A DNA stretch of 64,000 nucleotides from an uncultured cyanobacterium (GTDB lineage: Bacteria > Cyanobacteriota > Cyanobacteriia > Cyanobacteriales > Cyanobacteriaceae): NCBI GenBank assembly GCA_963749915.1, contig CAVVOP010000005.1, positions 288,001 to 352,000 of the forward strand. Reading direction: 5' to 3'. This document shows, in pieces, positions 34,120-44,640 of the stretch. The notes below the pieces were generated by a model. That model ran no database searches. It was not told the DNA's origin and was given only the letters and a program-made list of their open reading frames with translations. Within the stretch, counting starts at the first letter, position 1; each line of letters begins with the position of its first letter. Both the position numbers and the translations under genes were made by a program.

Positions 34120-34224
34120 AAATGGTTCGGGTTCCTAGTTAAACATTAGGGGTTAATAACGAACTATGAGAATGAAGCTAAAGCCTTTACTACAAACTTA
34201 ATTTTTAGGAAATCTTCTGATTTT

Positions 34225-35565
34225 ATGCTATTAACTAACAAGCATCAAACTTTGTTATTGAATCAATGCAGTAAAAGTGAAATTATTAATTATTTAACGT
34301 CAGCTTGGGAAACAGAAGACTTATTATGGAAAAGTATTATGAATCCTGAAACTTTTTATCGAAATCCTGACCCTTTACGCAATCCTCTTATTTTTTATTT
34401 AGGACATTCTGCGGTATTTTATATCAATAAGTTAGTCACCGTTGGTTTATTAAAAGATAGTGACAGAATTAACCCTCACTATGAAACATTATATGAGATG
34501 GGGGTAGATCCTGAAACACCAACAGAATTACAAAATGCGATCGCATTGATAAAATGGGCTAAAGTAGAAAAATTATGGCAATATCGTCACCAAGCCTATG
34601 AGACTATTATTAATGTCATCGAAAAAACCCCTTTAACCTTACCCATAACTCCCCATAGTGTTTGGTGGGGAATAGTCATGAGTATCGAACATCAACGGAT
34701 ACACATAGAAACTTCTTCCATGTTAATTCGACAGTTGCCAGTAGAATTAGTTGAAAAACCTGATTCATGGCATTATTATGCAACGTCCAGAGGAAAACCC
34801 CCTCAAAATGAGATGATAACCGTCGAAGGAGGAATCGTGACATTAGGGAAGAAAAAAAACGACCATCTTTACGGTTGGGATGTTGATTTTGGCGAAAGAG
34901 AAGTAGCTGTTAACCCCTTTCAAATCAGTAAATATATGATTAGCAACGGCGAATTTTTAGAATTTATTAAGGAAGAGGGTTATAACAATAAAAATTATTG
35001 GGACGAAATAGCTTGGCAATGGAAAGAAAAAAATAAGGTTAATCTTCCTAAATTTTGGCGAAAATCAGCAGAAAGTTATTGTTATCGACTGATGTTTGAT
35101 GAAATCGAGTTACCCTTGGACTTCCCCGTAGAAGTAAATCACCATGAAGCCATGGCCTATTGTCATTATCTGGGAGAAAAATTGGGGCAAAAATATCATT
35201 TAATGAGTGAAGCACAATGGCATCTTGCCAAAGAAAAAAGTCATGAAGATATCAACAATTATAACCTGAACTGGAAATTGATTTCTCCTCATCCTGTGGG
35301 CGGTTTAGACTCCGCCAAAAGTGATCAAGGCATTTACGACTTAAGGGGCAATGTGTGGGAATGGTTGGGGGATATTTTTACCCCATTATCGGGTTTTAAA
35401 ACCCATTCTCTCTATGAAGATTATTCTGCACCTTTTTTCGATAATCGTCATTATATGCTTATCGGTGGATCGTGGGCAACCAACGGTTATGAGGCAACAC
35501 TCTATTATCGTAATTGGTTTCGTCCTTATTTTTATCAACACGCAGGATTCAGAATTACCCTGTAG
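34225..35565 (+). CDS. OvoA-type sulfoxide synthase lacking the C-terminal methyltransferase
   Basis: LRNPLIFYLGH, HQRIHIETSSMLIRQLP, GNVWEW, FYQHAGFR. Confidence 0.88.
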   Translation: MLLTNKHQTLLLNQCSKSEIINYLTSAWETEDLLWKSIMNPETFYRNPDPLRNPLIFYLGHSAVFYINKLVTVGLLKDSDRINPHYETLYEMGVDPETPTELQNAIALIKWAKVEKLWQYRHQAYETIINVIEKTPLTLPITPHSVWWGIVMSIEHQRIHIETSSMLIRQLPVELVEKPDSWHYYATSRGKPPQNEMITVEGGIVTLGKKKNDHLYGWDVDFGEREVAVNPFQISKYMISNGEFLEFIKEEGYNNKNYWDEIAWQWKEKNKVNLPKFWRKSAESYCYRLMFDEIELPLDFPVEVNHHEAMAYCHYLGEKLGQKYHLMSEAQWHLAKEKSHEDINNYNLNWKLISPHPVGGLDSAKSDQGIYDLRGNVWEWLGDIFTPLSGFKTHSLYEDYSAPFFDNRHYMLIGGSWATNGYEATLYYRNWFRPYFYQHAGFRITL

Positions 35566-35585
35566 GCACGAGGTAATAAATTAAA

Positions 35586-36065
35586 TTAATTGATCTGTTT
35601 CATAAGGGTAGCCATTTCTAAGGCATTCATCGCATAACCCCAACCATGATTACTTTTTATTCCGGCTCTTTCTAAGGCTTGTTGCATGGTATCAGTAGTT
35701 AAAATACCAAAAATAATCGGTATCCCGGTTTGCAGACCTACCGTGGCAATACCTTTCGCCGCTTCGTTACTTACGTAGTCAAAATGAGGGGTATCGCCTC
35801 TAATTACTGCACCTAAACAAATAACGGCATCATAACGCCCTGTCAACGCCAATTTACGAGCAACTAAGGGCACTTCAAAACTTCCTGGTACCCAGGCATA
35901 ATCGACTTGATTACCTTCGGGATTAATATCAACACCGTGTCTTTTTAAACAATCTTGACAACCTGCTAATAATTTATTGGTGATTAAATCATTAAAACGC
36001 CCGATGACTAAGGCAAAACGTAGACTAGAGGTATCTTGATGAAAATTTCCTTCAAAAACTGTCAT
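35586..36065 (-). CDS. ribH: Lumazine synthase
   Basis: [19 protein letters not shown]. Confidence 0.98.
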   Translation of the reverse strand: MTVFEGNFHQDTSSLRFALVIGRFNDLITNKLLAGCQDCLKRHGVDINPEGNQVDYAWVPGSFEVPLVARKLALTGRYDAVICLGAVIRGDTPHFDYVSNEAAKGIATVGLQTGIPIIFGILTTDTMQQALERAGIKSNHGWGYAMNALEMATLMKQIN

Positions 36066-36189
36066 TTATTCCAGTACATAATTTATGTCTAATAATTTGG
36101 TGAGCAAAAATACTTATAATTTTTATTAACTTTTGCCCACCAGATAAATCTCAAAATTGAGTTTTTATATTTCTTAACAAAAAGTTTTT

Positions 36190-36378
36190 TTAAACTACGA
36201 AAAAGTTTAATATTGCTACTGCCACTACTAAAACAATCCATAACCCAGAACCCAAATAGAGTATGGATTTAGACTGTTCCCAATTTTGAGGAGAAGCATA
36301 AGCAACGGGTACATATACGATCATCACAAAAGAGAAAAACACTAAGGCTGTTAAAAGTAATTGGAACAATACTGACAT
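36190..36378 (-). CDS. psbZ: Photosystem II protein Z
   Basis: [15 protein letters not shown], two TM helices. Confidence 0.96.
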   Translation of the reverse strand: MSVLFQLLLTALVFFSFVMIVYVPVAYASPQNWEQSKSILYLGSGLWIVLVVAVAILNFFVV

Positions 36379-36576
36379 TTTTTTATCTCCTGAAAAATAT
36401 ATTGTTTTACTAACTGAACTTTCTGAGATTATTTTATGCTAATTTGTGTCTTTATGAGCAATCAATTCTCTGTTTCAGTTACTGATTGGCGTTAAAAGTG
36501 ATATCTTATCTTAATACTTACTTTTTATCTGTGGTCTTTTTCCCCTATTAATTTAATCATAATCACTGGACGATTG

Positions 36577-37185
36577 CTAATCACTTTGAAGATAAATACT
36601 GATAATATCAGTAGGCAAATAATTGAGTAATCGAGAATGAGCTTGAATATAATAGGCTTTGATTTCCGCTAAAGTAATATTATCTTTTTGTTGTCGTAAA
36701 TATTGTAGAATTTTGTTATCTTCCCACCCAAATTTATCTTTGGTTACCAAAATTATTCTTTCCATTGGGGATAATTTTTCTAAGGATTTTTGAAGGTAAT
36801 ATTTTAAGGGAAAATATCTTAATTGAAAGTCATAATCACTACTATAAACTTGACTGATAATGACTTTTTCATCGTTAAAAAATTGCTGACTTAACTCCAA
36901 AATTGTGTCGGGAAAGTTAGTTTGTTCTGAAATTTTATACCTGAGCAATTCATCGATCATAAAAAACCATAAACGCTCAAAATAATCTTTTTTGATTTCT
37001 ATTTTATTCAAGCCATCGCCAATAGATTTTGTTAAGTTAAGATAGCGATAAAATAAAATAATTAAATATCTAGCATGGGAAGGATTTTTTTGCCATAATT
37101 TCCATAGTTGAATATCATCAATGGCCTGTAATGGTTTAATTAATTCATGATTTAATTCAGGAAAAACATCATTATCAACGTTCAT
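36577..37185 (-). CDS. Hypothetical protein with sigma-70 region-4-like C-terminus
   Basis: LEKLSPMERIIL...; degenerate. Confidence 0.6.
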   Translation of the reverse strand: MNVDNDVFPELNHELIKPLQAIDDIQLWKLWQKNPSHARYLIILFYRYLNLTKSIGDGLNKIEIKKDYFERLWFFMIDELLRYKISEQTNFPDTILELSQQFFNDEKVIISQVYSSDYDFQLRYFPLKYYLQKSLEKLSPMERIILVTKDKFGWEDNKILQYLRQQKDNITLAEIKAYYIQAHSRLLNYLPTDIISIYLQSD

Positions 37186-37273
37186 AATCAGTAATAATAT
37201 TAAATTAGATTTATTGCTCAAAGGGCGATGGATATTTCATAATAGACAAAAAGGTTTAATATTTTAGACTGAT

Positions 37274-37849
37274 ATGATTATAAATGGCAATTTAACTATC
37301 GTTAATTTTTATTTGAACGTGTTTTTTCCTGAAGTAACGGATACCTTGTTCTCTACTCAAGGGATCATGGTAATGTTATTGATCGCCTATGGTGGTGCAA
37401 TGTGGATGTTTTTAACCAGCGCCCCCAAGGTTTATACTGTGATGGTATCGGATTTGAATATTGCCCAAGAATTTTATCGAGAAATACTCGGTTTGCCCAT
37501 GGCTGATATTCCTCTACACTATTACTATAACTATGAACAAAGTTTAGGAGCTAGTAGTTTTGATCCGATTTACATGGGTTCAACGGTTAATGATAGGATG
37601 GTAAAGCCCCATGATGGTCTCTGGTATCAATTAAAGAAAAATACCCAATTACACATTATTGGCGGTGCAAGTTTAGGTTATAAGCATTGTCAGCGTCATG
37701 TTTGTTTTGATCATGAATGCTTAGAAGCCTTATTATTAAGAGTACAGTCTCGACGTTTAAGATATAAAATTCGCAAAGAAAATCCTCTTAATTTTTTGGT
37801 TAAAGACTATGACAATCGTGTGATTGAAATGGCAGAAGTAAATAATTGA
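37274..37849 (+). CDS. Glyoxalase/VOC-like protein
   Basis: VSDLNIAQEFYREILGL, HVCFD, KDYDNRVIEM. Confidence 0.85.
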   Translation: MIINGNLTIVNFYLNVFFPEVTDTLFSTQGIMVMLLIAYGGAMWMFLTSAPKVYTVMVSDLNIAQEFYREILGLPMADIPLHYYYNYEQSLGASSFDPIYMGSTVNDRMVKPHDGLWYQLKKNTQLHIIGGASLGYKHCQRHVCFDHECLEALLLRVQSRRLRYKIRKENPLNFLVKDYDNRVIEMAEVNN

Positions 37850-38055
37850 TCCTTGACCTATCATGACACTTTTCGAGAAGGTAAATTAAGATCTGTTTAA
37901 AATATCTAATATCTTTAATTACTTAGTTTGAGAGTTAAGTCCTTAAGTAATGAGCGTTATAAGAGTATAATAATCATAAATTGTCAAAAACAAAATTATC
38001 AGTTTCGTTAGATTGATATTATCTAAAGGCTTATATCATTTTAGGAGAATAAATC

Positions 38056-38394
38056 GTGAGCGAAAATTGGGAAAACCAACAACAAAATGAGCAGACTAAA
38101 CAAACTGAGGGGACATCTGCCCTCAAATTGGCAAATAAATATCCATTATCATTCGGAAATCGTCCCATAGAACCCAGTCATTTACAAATCGTCAATACTT
38201 ATACTACTGTCGGTAGTTTACGACCTGTTACCAAAAGTGGGCTAGACATTAAGGAAATGATGACTCTTTCGGGTTCACGTCCTATTACTGCAAGTCATCT
38301 TAATATTAGTCAAGAATTTAAGGTTATGGGTAATCGTCCTGTAGCCTCTAATCAAATTGATGATGTTCTCCTTTTAATGGGTTATCTCGACTAA
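38056..38394 (+). CDS. Hypothetical protein with RP(I/V) repeats
   Basis: AGGAG RBS plus GTG; four RP(I/V) units. Confidence 0.8.
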   Translation: MSENWENQQQNEQTKQTEGTSALKLANKYPLSFGNRPIEPSHLQIVNTYTTVGSLRPVTKSGLDIKEMMTLSGSRPITASHLNISQEFKVMGNRPVASNQIDDVLLLMGYLD

Positions 38395-38553
38395 GAGATT
38401 TTTACCATTAGCGATTAACAATTAACAATGTGCTTATCAAAAACACAATCTACTTTAAGAAGCCACAGTAAGTTCAGGGGAGAATCGCGTTCACCCGAAT
38501 TAATGTCAGAAATTTAATCATTGTTCATTGTCAATTGTCCATGGTTAAATTGC

Positions 38554-39258
38554 TTAAAATTCTCTTACCGAAGGCTTACCGTCAATAATTTCCCCTACGA
38601 GAATAACGTCAGCTACCCCCACAAATAAACCGTTTTCTAAAACTCCCGGAAGGTTGTTAATTTTTGTTTCTAATTCCCTAGGGTTATCGATACCATCGAA
38701 TTTAACATCGATAACAAGATTACCTTGATCAGTCACTACTGGACCCGCTTTTTTGATACCCATTCTTAACTCTGGTTCACCGCCTAAGGCCTCTAATTGG
38801 CGGATTACTGGGGTTATTGCCATGGGGATTACTTCAACGGGTAAAAGGAAAGTTGAACCTAATTTATCGACTAATTTACCGCCATCAACCACGACGATAA
38901 ATTCATTGGCTAAACTATCAACTACTTTTTCACGGGTATGCGCCGCGCCACCACCTTTGATGAGGTTTTTTTGAGGATCAACTTCGTCCGCACCATCAAT
39001 GGCCACGTCAATATGATCGATCGCATCTAAGGTTGTTAAGGGAATACCGTATTTTTTCGCCAAAACTTCCGCTTGAAACGAAGTAGGTACACCGACAATA
39101 TTAGTTAACTCCCCCGAAGCTAATCTTTCGCCGATATATTGGATCGCATAGGCAGTAGTTGACCCTGTACCCAAACCAACGATAGAATTGGATTTTACTC
39201 GGTCAGCAGCGGCTTTTCCCACTTCCTGTTTCATCACAATTACTGGATCTGTAGTCAT
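38554..39258 (-). CDS. rpiA: Ribose-5-phosphate isomerase A
   Basis: [25 protein letters not shown]. Confidence 0.98.
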   Translation of the reverse strand: MTTDPVIVMKQEVGKAAADRVKSNSIVGLGTGSTTAYAIQYIGERLASGELTNIVGVPTSFQAEVLAKKYGIPLTTLDAIDHIDVAIDGADEVDPQKNLIKGGGAAHTREKVVDSLANEFIVVVDGGKLVDKLGSTFLLPVEVIPMAITPVIRQLEALGGEPELRMGIKKAGPVVTDQGNLVIDVKFDGIDNPRELETKINNLPGVLENGLFVGVADVILVGEIIDGKPSVREF

Positions 39259-39351
39259 ATTTATATTTTTTTTCAATAATAATCAATCATTATCCGTGAT
39301 CCCAGATCATTAATCAATGTAAAATGTAATCTGAATTTTCAAGATTAAATC

Positions 39352-40260
39352 TTATTTTTTGTCAGACTTTTTAAAAGGGAAGAAAACCACAGGAAACCAA
39401 CTATGGTGTAATACTTGTTGGGTGAAACTTTTCACGGTCCAATCTAATAAATTATCGTGATCATCAGCAATGGCGATGGCATTAATATCATAAGTAAAAG
39501 CGGCATTAAGAGTTTCTTTCAGAGGATTACCCTTAGTAACCATAACTTCTATTTCTAAACCGAGGGATTCTAAATCTTCTTTTATCGTTGCCAATTTTTC
39601 TTTCGCATCTTGGACAGAGTTTTCCACAATAAGATCTGATCGAGAAACATCGTCAATCACTGCAAGGAAGAGGTATTTGTGTTTAGTTCGACTCGGTTTT
39701 TTGGTGGCATATAATTTAATTTGTTCGACGAGATAACGGGCATTTTCCACGTCATAACAAGGAATCAACCAATAATTATTGAGATGACGACAACGAAGTT
39801 TAAGTTCTTCTGTTGTATAAACTGAGATCAGTTGGGGGCGCAAAATCATGATCGGGATCCTCACTTTTTTGCCTAAATCCATCGTTGTTGAACCGAAAAT
39901 GCGCTCTTGCAATGAACTACGCAAGGGAGTTCCCGTAATAATCACATCTGGATTATGTTTCTTAATGATCTTCAAAATATTATCTGTTATTCCCCCTGAG
40001 GTAACTTCTATGTTAACTTTAACGGGATCCCGAGGTGGTGCTGTGCGATCGCCATCATAAGCCAAGGCAGAAGATAATTTTTCCTTTGCCAGTGCGATTT
40101 CCTCCTTATTAATTCGCGGTACTTGTCCCTGTTCCCATAAAGGGACATTATGTAAAAAAGTAATTTCTGTTAAGCCGCTATCTGCCAAAGATTCGACATA
40201 AGACACTAATCTTTGCAAACCGTCGGTTAAATCCGTACAAATTAAACAACGCTGAAACAT
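39352..40260 (-). CDS. Tandem universal stress protein
   Basis: ICTDL, IFGSTT, two USP domains. Confidence 0.88.
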   Translation of the reverse strand: MFQRCLICTDLTDGLQRLVSYVESLADSGLTEITFLHNVPLWEQGQVPRINKEEIALAKEKLSSALAYDGDRTAPPRDPVKVNIEVTSGGITDNILKIIKKHNPDVIITGTPLRSSLQERIFGSTTMDLGKKVRIPIMILRPQLISVYTTEELKLRCRHLNNYWLIPCYDVENARYLVEQIKLYATKKPSRTKHKYLFLAVIDDVSRSDLIVENSVQDAKEKLATIKEDLESLGLEIEVMVTKGNPLKETLNAAFTYDINAIAIADDHDNLLDWTVKSFTQQVLHHSWFPVVFFPFKKSDKK

Positions 40261-40359
40261 AATCCGTTTTGTCTCCAGTTATTTTTAAAATAGATCAATC
40301 TTATTTCAGATTAACATTTTAATATCAATCAACCATCAACTATGAACCCCATTATTCAC

Positions 40360-40554
40360 CAATACTGCGAGGGTTTTGGAAAATATAATTGTCGGCGGTG
40401 GTAAGGCAGGAGGCAGGAGGCAGTGCCCGCGTCGGCGAAAGACGCACTTGGTAGCGCACCAAGAGAGAGGGCAGAAGGTAGTAAATTCCTGTCACTTATT
40501 ACTTATTACTTCGTCCCAACGACAACGTTTTCGGCACGCTTCCGAACAGTATTG
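40360..40554. mobile_element. MITE with CAATACTG...CAGTATTG ends and perfect 10-bp target duplication
   Basis: CATTATTCAC at 40350-40359 and 40555-40564. Confidence 0.9.
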
Positions 40555-40556
40555 CA

Positions 40557-41153
40557 TTATTCACTGATTTTCTCACCACTTAAAATAAAAACGGGTGCGA
40601 TCGCCGCAAATACCTGACTTAATCCCCTTGTTTCTAAACGATTTATTGAAGATTGAACAACCTCTACATTTCTTGCTTGTAACTCTGCTAATCCTTCAGA
40701 AATGTGGTAAAGATTCTCTAAATTACTAGCCATGGCCACCACCCTGCCCTGCAAAGGTAAATAGTCCCACACCTGCTTTAAAATGTCCTTAACAGACTTG
40801 CCACCCCCAATACAAACGCGATCGGGTTTTGGGGTTATACTGTCAAAACAATCAGGTGCATTGCCTTCTATTACTTTAATGTTGCTAATCCCAAAACGCT
40901 GACAATTTTTTCTAATCAAACTAGAGACATCCGGATCTCTTTCAATGGCGATGACAGTGGTTTTAGGACAAAGTAAGGCAATTTCGATGGAAATAGTGCC
41001 TGTACCGGCACCAATGTCCCAAATAACAGAATTTTCTTCTAATCTTAACCCCGATAATATTAACAATCTAACTTCTTTTTTCGTTAAAGGAATGCCGGGT
41101 AAACGTTCAAAAAGTTCGTCAGGAATACCGGGGGTTTTATATTGCCAAGTCAT
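40557..41153 (-). CDS. cbiT: Precorrin-6Y C15-methyltransferase (decarboxylating)
   Basis: PLTKKEVR, WDIGAGTG. Confidence 0.92.
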   Translation of the reverse strand: MTWQYKTPGIPDELFERLPGIPLTKKEVRLLILSGLRLEENSVIWDIGAGTGTISIEIALLCPKTTVIAIERDPDVSSLIRKNCQRFGISNIKVIEGNAPDCFDSITPKPDRVCIGGGKSVKDILKQVWDYLPLQGRVVAMASNLENLYHISEGLAELQARNVEVVQSSINRLETRGLSQVFAAIAPVFILSGEKISE

Positions 41154-41169
41154 AGTTATAATTAATGAT

Positions 41170-41499
41170 TTAGTTGCGTTTGCTCAAATTTTGACTCCAA
41201 AGGCGAGAAATGAGGATTAAACAAATTAAAAAATAAGTGGTTGTGATAATTCCGTTAAAATACAGTAACCTGATAGAAAGTAAGTCAGAAGTAATATTCC
41301 CCCCCACCCATAAAGTACTATAAGCAATTAACCAGGCCATACCCAATTTTAAAGAAAGACGGCTAGTTTTTTTTCGTTGTGAATCAAGATTATGGGGAAA
41401 ATACGTCAGATTAATTAAAGCCCAAACAGGGCCAAATAGAGGCATCAGATACAACGATAATTGAAATTTATCCAGATTTTGTTGTCTATTTTCACCCAT
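41170..41499 (-). CDS. Hypothetical membrane protein
   Basis: Three hydrophobic segments, co-oriented with smpB and cbiT. Confidence 0.7.
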   Translation of the reverse strand: MGENRQQNLDKFQLSLYLMPLFGPVWALINLTYFPHNLDSQRKKTSRLSLKLGMAWLIAYSTLWVGGNITSDLLSIRLLYFNGIITTTYFLICLILISRLWSQNLSKRN

Positions 41500-41523
41500 A
41501 TAAGTTCAGAATTGATAATTGAA

Positions 41524-41988
41524 TTAAAATCGTTTCATTGCCCTAGCCATTTCTCTTTGATCTTCTCTACGTTTAACTGTCTCTCGTTTATCGTGAAGTT
41601 TTTTACCCTTCCCAAGTCCTAAACTTATTTTAATCCAATGACCTTTAAGATACATTTTCAGGGGAATTAAAGTTAACCCTTTTTGTTCTAGTAAACCAAC
41701 TAATTTATTAATTTCTTTTTTATGTAACAATAATTTACGATTACGGCGAGGTTCGTGATTGAAATACCTACCACTAATTTCATAGGGAGAAATATGCACG
41801 TTACTCAACCATGCTTCCCCGTTGCGAATCAAAGCATAACCATCCCGTAAGTTAACCTTACCCATGCGAATAGATTTAACTTCCGTACCTGTCAACTCAA
41901 TTCCAGCCTCATAGGTTTCTAAAATTTCGTATAAATATCTCGCTTGACGATTATCGCTGACAATTTTTACGGGTAGTTTTTCAATCAT
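41524..41988 (-). CDS. smpB: SsrA-binding protein
   Basis: [25 protein letters not shown]. Confidence 0.98.
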   Translation of the reverse strand: MIEKLPVKIVSDNRQARYLYEILETYEAGIELTGTEVKSIRMGKVNLRDGYALIRNGEAWLSNVHISPYEISGRYFNHEPRRNRKLLLHKKEINKLVGLLEQKGLTLIPLKMYLKGHWIKISLGLGKGKKLHDKRETVKRREDQREMARAMKRF

Positions 41989-42100
41989 GGAAAGGTAAAT
42001 CTCAACAGGCAGTACTTATATGATAACCCACCGTTCGCCCATTTTAGCTCACGGTCGATATGTTATTGAATTGTAATTAGCCATGGGCAAAAGATCTGGC

Positions 42101-42160
42101 TCTTCTGCTTTGAGTATAATAATTTGTTAGCTAAAAAAGGTTTTAGGTATTAGGTGTTAG
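42101..42160 (+). repeat. 60-bp dispersed repeat, copy 2
   Basis: Matches 5652-5711; abuts the IS630 end. Confidence 0.85.
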
Positions 42161-42161
42161 G

Positions 42162-43020
42162 TAGTAGACCATCAATTTTGTTTTGAGGGACAAAAAAAGA
42201 GCTAATCTGGAAGAAGTTATCAAACTTCAGACCACAAAATGCCCAAGAAAAAATATATCGTAGATCTAACAAAGTCCGAAAGAGCTGAACTTGAACAGTT
42301 AACTAAGAAAGGAAAAATAGCAGCTTACAAAATGAACCATGCCAGAATACTATTGTTAGCAGATGTCAATCAACCAGAAGGCGGTTGGACAAATCTAAAA
42401 ATCAGTGAAGCCTTAAATGTTAGTCAAGCAACAATTGAGAGAGTGCGGCAAAGATTTGTCGAATCAGGGATTGAATCAGCTTTAACTAGAAGAGAGCAAA
42501 AGAATCGTCGAAGCAAAATTATCGATGGTGAAAAAGAAGCTTATCTAGTTGCAATTGCTTGTAGTGAAACCTCAATGGGACAAGCAAAATGGACACTTCA
42601 AATGCTGGCAGATAAAATGGTCGAACTTCAATATGTGGAAAAAGTATCGAGAGAAACTATTGGAAAAACATTAAAAAAAACGAATTGAAACCATGGCTGA
42701 ATGAATCATGGGTGATTCCGCCAAAGTCTAATGCTGAATTTGTCTGTTCCATGGAAGATGTCTTGGATATTTATCACAGAGAGTATGATTCTCAAAATCC
42801 ATGGGTTTGTTTTGATGAGAGTTGTAAACAGTTAGTCAAAGAGGTCAAGAAAAAAATCGAAGCAGAGCCAGGAAAAAAAGAACGTTATGACTATCAATAT
42901 AAACGTAATGGTGTTGCCAATCTGTTTATGTTTTTTGAGCCATTACAAGGTTGGCGACATGTAGAAGTGACACAACAAAGAACAGCAATCGATTATGCAC
43001 GCTCTTATGAAGTATTTGGT
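42162..43020 (+). mobile_element. Truncated IS630-family element (orfA 42239-42688, orfB in -1 frame)
   Basis: HARILLLAD HTH; A8 run 42673-42680 joins LKK-NELKPW; VCFDES, RYDYQYKRNG; C-terminal catalytic half missing. Confidence 0.9.
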
Positions 43021-43045
43021 TCTTCTACAGTAGCTATGATACATC

Positions 43046-43929
43046 CCACATTCCGCACGTCACTTTGTAAGATGATAAAAGTATTAAAACCAAGCAACTT
43101 ATTTTGGACAAAATATAAGTAATAATACTCAATATCTTCTTTATTTATGGTATTATAATTGAGAATATTTAGACTCTTAAATCCAATAAGTTATCAAGTT
43201 ATCCAGATAAAATATAATAATTATGACAAGAAATTAAGAAAAAACTTAAAATTAGTTTTCGTTCATTTGTTAGATTTACTATCTGTTCTTTTCCTCTATT
43301 TATTACTAAATGAATTCCTTGAAAACTTTGAAATATCCATCTTAACGTCGGACGTTCCGTTAGTTTTCCTAATTGATTTTTTATTCCGATTTTTTTCTCT
43401 TTTAAATTTACTTTTATCCAATCTGTTTGTTGCCAACACAAATCTTCCTGCTCTTTTTTCTAATTCATTTATTTTGATTAAATCTGATTCTATCACCGCC
43501 ATAATTTTGTGAATTTTTCCTGATTTTTCTCCTTTCTTTTTCGATTTTTTCTGGTGATTATTTAATTCACTTTCCGATTAAATGTTCTGTGGCTTTGTCT
43601 TTAAAAAACTGTGGAAATAGATAAAGAGGTCGAGAAATAAATCCTAATCCGTTCAGAATAATTGCTTTGACTATTTGACCTGCTGTCACGATTTCCCTCT
43701 CGTCAATACCGAGGGCATCGTTAATAATTTCTTCAATCCCAATTTCATCTATAACTCCAGCAATTAATCCTAAATGATTAATGGAACGTTGCTCATTTTT
43801 CTACTAATTTATCTGAGTTCTCTTTATAAGCTAGAGAACTAATCACTGAGTATTTCTTGTCGTAGTCAATCACTGTTCAACCCCTAACCTCGTAATCTGA
43901 ATTTATACAGTTTGACGTGCGGAATGTGG
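43046..43929 (-). mobile_element. Internally deleted IS1634-family element
   Basis: 17-bp TIR CCACATTCCGCACGTCA; fragments HLGLIAGVIDEIG...VKAIILNGLGF, AGRFVLATN, PTLRWIFQSFQGIH. Confidence 0.88.
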
Positions 43930-43995
43930 CTTGTTTATTGAGTTACTTGGTCTGCTGGGCTAAGGGAGCACCGAAAGACCGCAACCCGTCTGAGA

Positions 43996-44430
43996 TTACA
44001 TACCGCCTACCGCCTGGGCGAGTCCGAGGAAGAGCGGTATACACACGCCGATCGCAATCGGCGTACCGATGGCGGTGGACGCGCCAATATAGGCGGACGG
44101 ATTAGCCGATGGGATACCAGCTCGTAAGGTGGGAGGACCTGAGATGTCTGAACTGGAGGCGGCGATGACAGCCAGAACTACGACCCCGCCCATACTGAAT
44201 CCCGTAGCATAGTGGGCAATCATGCCAAGACCAAAGGCGATGAACCCATGCACCAGCGGTGCCACCACGCTATAGACGACGTACCACTGAGCCACTTTGC
44301 GCAGTTCGCCAAGCCTTGACCAAGCTTCCATACCCATGACTAGCATCAAGATCGAAAGCAAGCCGCGAAAGCCAGGTTCGTAGAAGCTTTCAAAGACACT
44401 TTCTGGCTTGGCGAACAGTCCAATAGCTAG
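43996..44430 (-). pseudogene. sbtA: 3' fragment of Na+/bicarbonate symporter
   Basis: SSSDISGPPTLRAGIPSANPSAYIG; 5' part absent; visibly GC-rich. Confidence 0.9.
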
Positions 44431-44640
44431 GGTTGGAAGATGGGGAAGATTCCTCAAGACCACTCTAGAAATAATTGCCTAAATTTATGGGTAATTATTG
44501 CCATGAAAATCGATGTTAATAAATAAAATTTTAAACTTTACAGTATTTATATCATGTCTAATCATATTCACTATCTGATTGAACCGCAAAAAGCAGAAGA
44601 CATCCCCAATATTTTTGTCTAAATGTCCCCGCTGGTTCAA

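Noticed and set aside
40376..40617. Two short ORFs
   Set aside because: Lie largely inside the MITE
43159..44105. Plus-strand ORFs of 117 and 62 aa
   Set aside because: Antisense to the IS1634 and sbtA remnants
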